Assembly (NCBI RefSeq): GCF_026571515.1
Contig: NW_026857505.1
Location: 1-64,000 of the forward strand
Direction of reading: 5' to 3'
From: Ruditapes philippinarum
Taxonomy: Eukaryota
DNA length: 64,000 nucleotides
In this document: positions 12,953 through 24,500 of the stretch, one piece after another
Layout of the letters: every line of letters begins with the position of its first letter
Position numbering within the stretch: position 1 is the first letter of the stretch
The notes under the pieces: model-generated
Database searches by the model: none
What the model saw: the letters and a program-made list of their open reading frames with translations, nothing else
Told to the model about the DNA's origin: nothing
Translations under genes and position numbers: made by a program

Positions 12953-15099
12953 AAACGTAGGCCTATACACTTTAAGCTCGTAAATACAGAATAAACTTTC
13001 CGTCTCACAATTCAACAAAATGTCAAGAAATACCGGCAGTGATTTGATATTATTAAGAGTAAAGTTCAATAAGACTAGTGACAATAAGTGTTTTTTGTAG
13101 ACTCAAAGTGTTACATATAATTATTTTGTTAATATGAAGGGTAGATCCAGTCAAAGAGAAACACCGAGTGACGTTCTCAATAATTTTAGCCTTCCTAAAA
13201 TTTGAAAATATTCAGTGAAAAAACAATAGATCTAGCATATTTTTCGCGGGAGAAAAAATACCGCGTATTGTATATTTTGTAGCTAAAAGAGTAGGATTTA
13301 CATAACGAATAACGAGATAATATGTAGGGAAATTATTCCTGAGAAATATATAAAATAGTTTAAAAACATAAAATCAAAACGAATGTTATATGTAATTATG
13401 GAAGAAGTATTGTACTGTTGTAGATTCATGTCATTAAGACTAGTGTGTTTAAAATTATTTTTAGATCTAAATGTTATCAAAAGTTTTATATTATTAACAA
13501 TTTATATGAATTGAAGGTATACGTTTTACAGTTTCAAAATCTGGGTATACAAGAATTATTTTAAATGCCATCAAGATAAATTTATCTCAACGCTTAAAAT
13601 TATCTTTTTGAGGTTACATATGCCTAACCGCCCTCTGTCAATGCCGCAACTGGAATCATCCATTAAAAGCGCGAGACATTTTTGTTACGTCATATATTTC
13701 GTAAATTGTTGTTGACGTAATAAAGTTGTTTTTTTTTTCGTCAGGAATCCATAAGCATTGTGATGTTGACAACTAAAATTGATGGGCCGTTCTTGAATTA
13801 TGGATTTGGAACATGCTGAATTATGATGTGTTTCATTTACATATTTCATTTGCTAACCCAGATAACTCCACAAATTGAACAATGTTTTAATAATGAGACG
13901 GATTACCAGTTTAAAAAATCTGGATCATCAAAAGTGTAGGAGTCATGTCATTCAGGATTTTTGAAGTAAAAACTTGGAATCTACGGAACTGGATAGAAAC
14001 CGGCAATAAAGGAATCTTCAGAATGTGAATTTGTCGTGACGTTTATAAAGTTCATAGGGATTCTATTCAGCTTAAAAGTAAGTGCAATTTCTAGATCTAC
14101 TCCAAGTGACTCGGTGTTCTTGTTGCTTATTTTTAATTTTTTAAAGTTTTCCATCATGCATTGCAACTAAACTGTTACATCGTGTAGATCCAGCTTTGTA
14201 AAATAATCATGAAACGACCCCGAGAACCTCATGTATATTTTAGAAACATGACACGTGCTTTCTCCCGTTCATCTTCAAATGAAGAGTACTTCGGCAATGG
14301 CTACGGAAAATAAACAACAGAGATTTACCATAGAGAAATCAAAATTTGCTTTCACAAGAAAAGTAACGTAAAGTGCCTTAAAGTCGTCATGATCCAATTG
14401 TCGTCAGTTTTTTGTATTCTCGTTTACTCTCGCTCGTGTTATCTGAAAGTACCAAAGGCGGCTTATTTTGAAAGGTGAATATATTTTCTATTTCATTGAT
14501 CTGTTCTACGTTGTATATGCAAATAACCACTCCTAAAATACGACGAAAAAAGCATATATGTGTTTGATAGAGAAAGTAAGAGTTGTCGACGATCCAATGT
14601 CTTCAGCAGCCACAATGGGCGAATTAAGATTGTAAACACGTGGCCATTTGTAAACAGTGGGAAGTAACTCTGTTCAATAGATCATATTTTCTGGTTTTGT
14701 ATTTGTAGCTTTCTTCTAAGCAGACACTACCTAGTCTATTAAAAGTAACCTTTAAATTTAATGACGACTTAAGTACCAGTTGACGAGATTTGGGCATACC
14801 TTTTGAAAACTGTCCTCACAACTTAAAGTTATTAATAATTGTTGATAAAGCATATAAAAAGGATGCTGAAATAACATGTAAATTAGGTTCTGTTTATGTA
14901 AAGCGTACATATATAAGTTTAAGATCAAATGATATTTTGTATAATTTGTAACGTATAAAAATATAAATGTGAATTAATGAAAATCAAACTAAACTTTAAG
15001 TACATTATGCTAACCATTGCTAATCATGGAGCGGTATGGCTGAATTACAATGTAATCACATGATTGTTAGATAAGGCGCGAGTTAGTTTGAAGTCAGTC

Positions 15100-15397
15100 C
15101 TACCAGTCCGCATAGCTCAACCGGTTAGAGCGCGAGACCTGTAATCTCGACATAGTGGGTTCGATTCCGGGCTGGCAAACTAAAATTACTAATCAGTCTT
15201 TCGGATGAGACTTCAATCGAGGTCCTGTGTATGAGTGCTTAAACACTTGGCACATTAAAGAACCAGGGGAAGCTTCTGGAATAGGGACATCTTTCTGTAT
15301 CTGACTCTTGCACTATCCTCCAAAAAATAAAAATAACTAATACTCTTCTGGAGGACTCGCCCATATGGGCAACCGGTGGCGAGTATAAATAAACTCA
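15100..15397 (+). mobile_element. tRNA-derived Deu/Nin-domain SINE
   Basis: tRNA-like head with A box TAGCTCAACCGG, B box GGTTCGATTCC and a TGT anticodon-like loop. Central GTCTTTCGGATGAGAC..CGAGGTCC motif. 10-bp TSD GAAGTCAGTC at 15090-15099 and 15398-15407. Confidence 0.85.
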
Positions 15398-15917
15398 GAA
15401 GTCAGTCAGCTGTCGTCATTTATTCAAGAAACATTGCATGGTACTGAATGGTGATTGGCCCCGACAAAATTAAACTTAACTAGTAAAAGCAGGACTTATC
15501 CCAGATGATTTTGTTAATGTGCTGGTTGCGCCACCACCACCTTCTTCCTTCTTCGTCTAAAGGTAAAAAGAAGAAGCCAGGGAAGGCAAGAGTCTTTACA
15601 AGTACAGATGTACAGTAATAAATTGAAGCATAGGAAAAGAAGAAACAACATGATATAAAATTAAAGGAAGAAAGAAAACAGCAACGATTAACCAAGATGA
15701 TAATGAAAGAAAAGGAATTATTTAGAAAGAAAGAGGAAATGAAGAAGAAAAAAGAACTGAGAAAAAACAAAGAGAAGAAAAACTTAAAATTCAAATGGAA
15801 AAAAAACTAAAGTTACGTAGGAAAGATGAAGCCCAGCACTTATAGACACACAAGACACAATATCAAAAAGATTATTTTTGAAAAAATTACACTGATTTTA
15901 TTTTCTCTTCAGGTATA

Positions 15918-16160
15918 ATGAAGAAATTTGTCCTAAGAAACATTCAAGTAGTTGGAATGCACCATTACGGTCGCCGGGAGTTAGATCGACTGGGGTCATA
16001 CATAGTTGATATCGAGGCTAACAACTCGACGTGGCAGTATATGATGGCTATTGTTTTTAAAATACTTAAAACAGATATTGAGTGTATAACACAAATGTTA
16101 AATAAGCACAGCATATTATACGCAAAAGTAATGAAATTGCCTTCAAAACGTTCAACTTGA
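15918..16160 (+). pseudogene. HIRAN-like domain remnant inside the pogo-like element
   Basis: IQVVGMHHYGRREL..GSYIVDIEANN, then VAVYDG at 16031-16048 after a frameshift, fits the HIRAN pattern VVG..YY..L..G..V.L..E..N..D..AVAV. Preceded by an acceptor-like ttttctcttcag. Confidence 0.5.
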
Positions 16161-17476
16161 AATGTCAAGGTCATGGGTTACTGAGGCTCTTCGTGTTCAT
16201 GCTAATTTTTCGTTACATGTAAATTTGTTCTATAAAAGCATTTTATATTATTTGTGTTCACTATATTTTGCTGGCTGCATAACATTTGAATATATATAAC
16301 AACATTTCAATAGTATATGTTTTTGTCAAATGTTATATCAAACTAAGCTTTAAATTTCTTTGATATTATTTGTCTGAGTAATTTGCAATAAATGTCATTT
16401 TTACTGATTTTAGATTCAATAACATTTTAAGATTTATAACAGTTCTATATGTTTGCAAGATTGTTTTTAAAAAAACAGAAAATTTGACGACTTTAGGTCC
16501 CCATTGACGACATTTTGCTTCATGTGTTGACGACTTAAGGGTTCATTTGTCCTATGGTCGTCAGTGAGAAACCTGTCTGGTTTCCCGTCTTGTATCGTAA
16601 ATGTTATTTATACAGCATGCGTTAATTTTATATCAAAATGGCGAGAAAAGATGCAAGTTTGATTTGATGACAACAGGGAACCAGTGCATTAATATATTTC
16701 GTTGTGGCGGCGCGTAAAGTATTCAAAGTTGACGAGTATAGGGCACTTTACGTTAGACACTTAAGAGTAAAATCATGAAAAATCTCGAGGGTGACTTTTT
16801 TTTAGTTTACAAAAAAGTTTTATTTTTTATTCAACGTCGTTTTTTTAATTCATACCAGGCAAAAGTTCATTTCCATTTTTAATGGGACAGACTATAGTAG
16901 ATATTTTGTCTTTTGCAATGACACGGATTTATTCATCACTCAACAGTCTGCATGTATCCACTATTCAAATAAAGGTCTTTTATGACCGTTCTTGCATCAT
17001 TATTTCGAGCACAAACTGACATAACGATTCTTTTATCGTTAGGTTACTAGTACGACGCGTTAATCACTCGTGCCACCATGCACTATTGTGTTTATAGAAA
17101 TATTTATGGAAAAATAAAACATAAAAGAATTTCTTCTATAACCATTAACGCATAAAAATAGAAGTTTATTACTGACTTTGGTAGATAGATTCTTTTATTT
17201 GCACAAGTTATGAATAGAGAATAAGTGAAGAAAATTAATACACACACAATGTCACGCTCATTGGTATGTTTTGCTTCTAATGGTGCACAATATTACAAAA
17301 TTACAACTAACACGAACATAATGGAATGACCGTATTGCAATGTCAACAATAAACCAAATAAATCCTACCGAAATTCTGACTTCTTTATGCAAAAGCTAAA
17401 TAACAAACTGTGCTTTCAACTATTAGCTCTCAAAAAATCAACAACGGCAAAACAAAGCTTCAAATATATACTAGTA

Positions 17477-17850
17477 TTGTATCATAGTTTGGGGACCTTT
17501 CTATTGAAAATGTGAGTTAAATCGTATAATGCACAGTGCGTTAACTGGAGTCAAGTTATAAGTTACCCGCACTCCAGAGCATGCCCATTGATTGGCTTAT
17601 TTTTGCTGGGGGTTTACTTATTGAGACGGAAGAGAAGGAGAAAGCGACAGAAATATCGTATTCAGATGCTCGTTCATTGCTTACTTTTTCCCGGGGTTTC
17701 ATATTGTGACAACAGGGAACGTGTTTTAATGTTTGACTATGATACAAAGGAGAAAGAACATCAAAACACTCGGCAATCTGATTAATACTCGGGGGCTACG
17801 CCCCCTCGTACTAATCAGATAGCCTCGTGTTTCGATGCTCTTTCTATAAT
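17477..17850 (+). mobile_element. Second copy of the ~370-bp TSD-less hairpin element
   Basis: Empty site ctagta|ttatattg in copy A near 2382. 5' TTGTATCATAGT is inverted at 17736-17747. Imperfect ~70-bp hairpin at 17763-17832. Confidence 0.8.
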
Positions 17851-17955
17851 TTATATGGTTCTTTCCCTTGACATGGTTTAAACGGCCCACAGATGATAGA
17901 TTTAGTTTTCAAATTACTTTAATGGTATTGCTTGTGTTTTTTTGGGGCTGCAAAT

Positions 17956-18725
17956 TAGGGATTAAACGATGATCGAGTATAATCGATAATTGATCGTTTA
18001 TAGGACCGATTAGCGATGATCGAATACAAAGTTCAATAATCGATCATCGGTTATTTATCTTCTTGCTGTTACTTAAGTGACTCACTGTATTATAACAACA
18101 CTTTAAATTAAAGCCAGCTTTGGTTTACCCAATAATTTTCATTTTAAAATGAATGAGAAAGCATACTGGTGACCATAAGGTTAATAGTTGACAGTGAGGC
18201 ATTCTAGTTTACAGACATACTATGCTCAAATTTGAAATTAGAAAATTGCTACACAGTCTATTTGTAAATATGAAATAAACATGTTTTGACTTCAAACAAA
18301 GAAGATATGTATAAAATTATTCTACACACTAAACTAAAGATGGTAACAATATAAATATATAGTGTCATTAAAAAAACCTGGCATTTTTGTTAATGATCAA
18401 CTTCTCTTGTTCCCATACATAGCTTATTCATTCCTTTATTGGAATTGAGACATAATAATTGCATAGATATAAAATAAGTTAAAATATTTAACTCAAGGAT
18501 AACATAAGCATAAGTAACTAGTTTATTTCAGTTGATTAAGTGGTAGTTACACAAAATATAGAATATTAATGGAATTCTTATGAATATTAAAGCATGATAT
18601 GTGCATTGTACATATTTACTTTGTTATTGTTAAAGTTTCGATTATATAATCGATGATTGATCGAAAAAGGTTGTTCGATTATTTTCGATGATCGATTATG
18701 ATTTTTGTCCGATTAAGAAACCCTA
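17956..18725. mobile_element. Non-autonomous hAT element
   Basis: TAGGG...CCCTA termini, 8-bp TSD CTGCAAAT (17948-17955 and 18726-18733), subterminal GATCGA repeats. Confidence 0.9.
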
Positions 18726-19057
18726 CTGCAAATACATATTTTCAATGGAGACATAAAAACAGTTAGATGTCTACGTTGTACGATCTAACCACTTCCGATT
18801 ATATCTACAATATACATGAACATAGAGAGCTATAATAGTTGAAAGCACAGTTTGTTATAAAAAGTGACTTTATATGCGACAAGTAACAATAGATAAAGAA
18901 GTATGTTGCAACAAAATCATGATGCTTTACCTGCAAAAGCTATGAGTAGAGTTAACGGACATTTAGAACTTTTTTTAGGGATGTTGCACTTTTTCATTAT
19001 CCCTCATGTGCAGACTCAATCAAACAGAGTCGACAATTTTCATGTAATTTTGCTGTT

Positions 19058-19253
19058 TTTAATGGTTCCGAGGGATCAATTATTTGCTAGGTATTTGAGT
19101 AAAATATTGTTCTATTTGTGTGTACACATACAAATTAAAAATATCTTGCTTTTAATGTGTTTTAATGCTTCCGAGGGATCACTTATTTGCCAGATATTTG
19201 TGTAAAATATTGTTTTATTTGTTTGTACACATACAAATAAAAATATCTTGCTT
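19058..19253. repeat. ~100-bp tandem duplication
   Basis: ttccgagggatca...aaaatatcttgctt occurs twice. Confidence 0.75.
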
Positions 19254-19922
19254 GAGGCTTTTGTTATTAATGTGTATATGCATGTTATTAATGTGTATGT
19301 TTAAACGATATGTCAACAATATATGACCTTGCAAACACCTGAAAGATGTCATTACAGTTAAATTAGTGCTGACTATTGGACACCTGGTCCACACTGGTCT
19401 CTGGTGATCACAAACTGTTGATAACGTCTCCTCAACGCATCTTGGAACCGTATTTCGATGTACTCACCAAATTGTGTCGCAACGTCAGAATTAATGATGA
19501 GCACCAGCTTTGGTTATGCCAACAGCGCCGCATAGACCTGTCAGTTTCCTTCAACTTTGGCATAGCGTATCACAGCATTTTTTTTTAAATATATGATTTT
19601 TTATCACCAAGCTTCAAACATGATTAAACGAAAGCGTGTAAAATTGTGCGCTAAACAGTAAGCAAAAAATAAAAATAAATGAATACATGAAACGTGAAAA
19701 CGAAGACGTTTGTCAAACAGATAAAATACCAGTGTATCTCATGCACTAACCAGTGTAAGCGACCGAGAAGGATGCCCAAGTCTGTGTCAAATGTGTATAT
19801 CCATAAAATGTTTCAAATATTTTTCTAGCCGAAAATACCACGTGGATAATTTCTAACTTCATATAGTTCATGTAGTATTCAGGCCGCAACATCATTCAAT
19901 GATGTTCTAAGCTGAGCTTCTT

Positions 19923-21070
19923 CAGGGTTCCCACGGTCAGGGAAAAGTCAGTGAAAAATGATTTTTTTTCAAGGTCAGGGAAAAGTCAGGGAATTTTAAA
20001 ATTGGTCAGGGAAATTTGAAAAATAGGCAAAAGTCAGGGAGAAGTCAGGGAATTTTGTAGAAAATAATGATTTTGTCAAACAGCAAGAAGCAAATACAGT
20101 AATAGCTAAGGCAGTTTCTTCCATTATTATGGGTATCTTTATTGTTACTTTTGATTATGAGCATCTGTTTTATTTTTATATACTGATTATGCTTCTGTCT
20201 GAAGATTTGGCATTAACAGTAACTATCTTTTAAAGAAGCTAAAAGGAGTTTAAGCATCCCTTGCCTCCTGAGCTATTTATGGTTTGTTCTTGTGAAAGAG
20301 GCTGATAATATGCTCAGGAGGCTGAAAAAAATATGAAAATGAACTTGCTTGTGAAGTCAAATGTCCAGTGCAATGCCTTCAGGGTCAAGGTCAAAGAAAA
20401 GTAATTAAAGAATCCAGTAAAGATATTGAGAAACTTGAGAAAACACTAAGTGGACTTCGATGAAGTACCAATCATTTTAGTGCCATGTTGTGTTTTTGCA
20501 CACATGCATTAAACCATAAATTTGAGATACTATTCACTGCCATAGTTAGTTTTATTAGTAGTATTATTAGCTTTTACTGCATTTTGCTTTTTATGTAGCC
20601 ACTTCATTACCTGGCTTATTGTTTCTTGTTTAACACCAGTTTCTATTGATTAATATCATATAATATTTAATTAAAATGTAGGCCTGTTTTAGTCAATCCT
20701 CCATTGATAACACTGCTTTGTAGTTTTAAGAGAATGAAACATCTTTTAGCATGACATGTATTATCAAATATTTTACATTTTTGATAAATGTACTCGAACT
20801 TGTTGAAAGTAAACAAGACAAGCTGCTTATGACAATTGCTCACTAATATTCATGTATTTTTTATCTTGAATAATTTAAAATAAAGAATTGGATAAAAAAG
20901 GTTGGCTGTTTTGGGAGGAGGAGGACCAAATACATGTATAAAAAAAACATTAAATGCTCTAAGATTGTGCAAACTTGACGCTGTTATTGGTCAGGGAAAA
21001 ATGGTTTTGGTCAGGGAAAAGTCATGGAAAAGTCAGGGAATTTTGATTTCTCTTCTTTGTGGGAACCCTG
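19923..21070 (+). mobile_element. Non-autonomous hAT-like element with 5-bp TSD (hAT5-like)
   Basis: TIR CAGGGTTCCCAC / GTGGGAACCCTG, TTCTT on both flanks, many subterminal GTCAGGGAA repeats. Short transposase-tail-like remnant at ~20295-20385 (EAEKNMKMNLLVKSN). Confidence 0.85.
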
Positions 21071-21593
21071 TTCTTTGTCCGTTTTAGAGATTGTTTTCGC
21101 TTCTTGGTATTACTCTATCATACTCCTTCATGGGGGTACCCTTTTGTAAGTGGTTGATTTGCACTGTTCATTATTTAAAAACACGTGTTTCAAGTTTATT
21201 AACATCAACTTATAGCAATCTGACTCGATTAAGGTCAGAATTCTTATGTTTACTTTTAATACCGTAGCGTTATTTGGCTGATTTTAATCAGATTGAACCC
21301 AAAGCTTTAATAATGTATAATTTACAAATGCTTTTGAATTTCAACAATATATCAGTAAAGATAAAAAAAATCATCTAACATTATATGAGGCCTTCAGAAT
21401 GGCTTAAGAAATGTCTAGTGGTTAAACACATTTAATTACCTGTAACAGGATTTACTCCTTTCAATTTTTGTTCTTTGGGTCTATTTTTACAGAATTAAAG
21501 AGAGTAATTTCCCTTTAGCACTCTTGGATTGTAAACAACAACAACAACAACAACTCGAGAAGCTGCAACCCGATTTACAGTATTTTAAGAAAG

Positions 21594-24500
21594 ATGAGCG
21601 TCAGAAAACACCATCAGTTGCAAAACAGGCTTTATTTGGGTAATATATATAGACTATACACTGGCACCAGATCTTCAAGTTGCTGTCAGTTAATTATTTT
21701 TATGTGAAAGTGTATTTTTTGATGATTTTATTGTTTTGTATCAACAAACTGGAACAATAAATTTATAGAATATAGCATGTCCTGCGGGAGAACACTTCCG
21801 ATTTAGGCATTACCTTCTACATGTAGAATTTTTCTTAAAATACAGGCTCATGAGACTTAGTGCCACTCATGGAGGATAAAACCATTTAAAAGTATGTAAA
21901 ATCCAGTTATTTGCATGTGTGTTCTACTCATAATTTTTTATCTTTTTGTTGATGCGTTTTAAAGTGTAAATACCAGGCTACAATGTACATGTCATGAGGG
22001 TCTCATCTTTCGGGCATGGGTGATTTCTGACTTTCAGGCTTTACTGCGTTAGTTTGACGATATTACCACCCAGTGGAAAATTTTGACACCGATACCCATA
22101 ATTTTCGTACTCGGATGTTGCATACCTTGTCTATAATAATATAACAGTGAAAAAAATGTTTTTTCTTGTTTTGTTCATATGTTGATATTTTATTGCATAA
22201 ATAACAAGGTTAAACAGATTTTAGGTCAAATCAATGCCACTAGCAACTTTGTTTTGCATCAGTGTTACAAGTGGGGGTGGGGGGAAGGATCTGACCCCCA
22301 TGTGTCTGTGATTTTTAGGAGCAGGTTACGTATTATGTGGTAATTAATTTTGCTATTTATTGTATCGTTGTTGTTTTTTTTCCATTGCAGGTGAGCTTGT
22401 AAAATCTTTCCTTGGACCATCAAGAAGGTAAATTGAATAATTCTGTTTTTTTATCAAATGTAGTTCGCAGGCCTCAACAAATGCACTCGCCCACTAGCAT
22501 TTGCTAGTGAAAGTTTGGGTAGGGCGAGAAAAAGTTGATCAAACTTGCCTTGCTGGGCAAGTCAGATTCTCCCATTGCAAATGATGTTTGTCTAAACATT
22601 TATAAATGGAATTATTCGGTAAACAATCAAACTGCAGACCTCTTTTCAATCGTAATACCTGTCAAAAGAAAACTGGAAGTGTTTGGTAAAGTTTTATGCT
22701 TAGCCATAATACTGATTGCTGAGTGCATGAGAATTTAAATGAAATAAGTTGATCTATTTAGGCTGTCGAAGTTTATTTATTAAAAGTATGAAAAGTGTTA
22801 TAAACAAAATGTAATTGAATAAAGCAAGTTATACCGATATAGACTGGTAAATAGTAAATTTTTGTCTTGGATTTTGAAATTGATTTTATTGTGATTTTAT
22901 TTCAGAATAAAGTGTCTTGAAGATGATGGAGGCAACAGATACTTTAGATATGCTTCCCTTTTATTGGAACATCTCGATGTTGAGGTATTGGTAAACTTTA
23001 AAGAAATTCAACCTTTTATAATTTTTATTATTCAAGGGTCTATTTACAATAGATAAATGTTTTGTTATTTTCTTTCTATCTTGTATGTATTCAATTTATG
23101 GTCTAGAAATGAATGTGAAATGTGCCACAAAAAGTTGATACATGTGATAACCTTCTATGGGTCTCTTGAGCTAGTGTGGTCCTGCTGAATCTGTGTAATG
23201 GATATTATAACCTTGCTTTAAAATAATTAATCACTGGTAAAAGTGACATTATGCTCATTTTTTTTTACTGTCAAGTTGAGGTGAAATAGTAATACGGTAT
23301 GCTGGCTATTAAAATGGTGATTTACAAATAATAGATAATGAAAAATATGTATAATACAATATAAAAACTGCCAAAGTTATAAAAAGACTGCCCCACTCTT
23401 TTTAAGAATTAAGCATTACCGATACATTCTAAAGGATATTTATAGAAAATACTGTTGGTTACATTGATCATTGATAAATTTTTCTTAGCAATATATAAAA
23501 TTTAATACAATTATGGCAAAATGTCACATTATTTTTAGTTTTACGTATTTACTGACCACTTACATTTGGATGGGAATAATGTCTTTTTAACTTGGAATAA
23601 GGGGCCTTCATAGCCCAGTGGTTAATCTTTGCTGTCTTTAAATTATTTGACTATCATTTCTGTCTGAACTTTGTTGGCTACTTTGTGGAGTCTTTCACAT
23701 GTGAGAAAGTTATCCAACCAACTCACTGAAGTTTAGTGGTTCTACTCAGGTACCCTCTTGTACTTGAATAAATGCATCAAAAGGCACATTGTCCTGTGGT
23801 TTTCCTCCACCAATAAAGCCAGAAAGTGGCCATATCCTTATAGTAATCATGTGACATAAAGGCCTGTTAAGCCCCCAAAATAATATTACTTTTATTTCTC
23901 AAAAACTATTTCTAGTGTCCTTTTAAGTTTTTCAAAAAGTTACACATTGACAAAATGACAATATAGCTAAACCATGTAACATGATGTTTTGCAATATGGA
24001 ATGTTAAACACTGAAAGTGATTTATTATTATTTTTTTATATAAACACACATTTGCCCTTACTAAGGAAGAAAATACGCCTTTGAACACAAACAAGAAAAT
24101 AACATTAGAGATAGGCTGAAAAGTGATTTGTTATTGTTTCAGCATCCAGTTTACCAGTATATTATCAGTGTATCTCAGGAGTTCAGGAAAAGATTCTGTG
24201 CTGGAGCTGCTGATGACCTTCTGTTCTACATACATTCCTGGTCAAGACTGGCTACACACCTACATGAAATGGTTTGTATTGGTATAACCTTTTTAAGAAA
24301 GAATTCATTGAAAAAAAAAATAAAGAAAATATTGAATAGCGCTATTCATTATTGTTTTGGCAATACATTCAGTTTTACTGCCGTAGTAAATTGTCATTTA
24401 TATTATCTTTTTCTTAAATAAATAAAATTCAATTGCAATGAATACGAAACAATTAAATGCAAGACAATTACTTTTTTTAGTATCAGGTGGTTATGTCAGA

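Larger units (their letters stand above)
14366..16753 (+). mobile_element. Nested pogo/Fot1-like DNA transposon derivative
   Basis: 24-bp imperfect TIRs ACGTAAAGTGCCTTAAAGTCGTCA / TGACGAGTATAGGGCACTTTACGT flanked by TA, with subterminal TGACGACTT motifs. Remnant at ~15480-15800 (LVKAGLIPDDF..KKKPGKARVFTS plus a Lys/Glu coiled coil) resembles pogo-type transposase C-termini. Confidence 0.75.
11906..16897. mobile_element. ~5-kb TIR DNA transposon with TA target-site duplication, hosting nested insertions
   Basis: Perfect 16-bp TIRs CTATAGTCTGTCCCAT / ATGGGACAGACTATAG, with TA at 11904-5 and 16898-9. The empty site (tcaaaTAgatatttt) is seen in copy A near 1880. No recognisable transposase of its own. 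Confidence 0.9.
9513..17900 (+). repeat. Segmental duplication copy B, expanded by transposon insertions
   Basis: 9513-10655, 11022-11905, 16898-17476 and 17851-17900 align colinearly to 1-2440. Confidence 0.9.

Noticed and set aside
15100-15177. tRNA-Thr(TGT) gene
   Set aside because: The T-arm and acceptor pairing is imperfect, and it is followed by a SINE body and flanked by a TSD, so it is a SINE head.
10652-17785. Similar short ORFs containing FDYDTKEKEHQNTRQSD
   Set aside because: Both derive from the two copies of the 370-bp non-coding element.
19370-19920. Coding-like decayed sequence
   Set aside because: The frames I translated are short or interrupted by stops and contain no motif I can recognise.
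21531-21554. Forkhead (FoxJ1-like) GTAAACAA motif upstream of BBS12
   Set aside because: Short AT-rich motif merging into a (CAA)n repeat and expected by chance. No clear X-box nearby.
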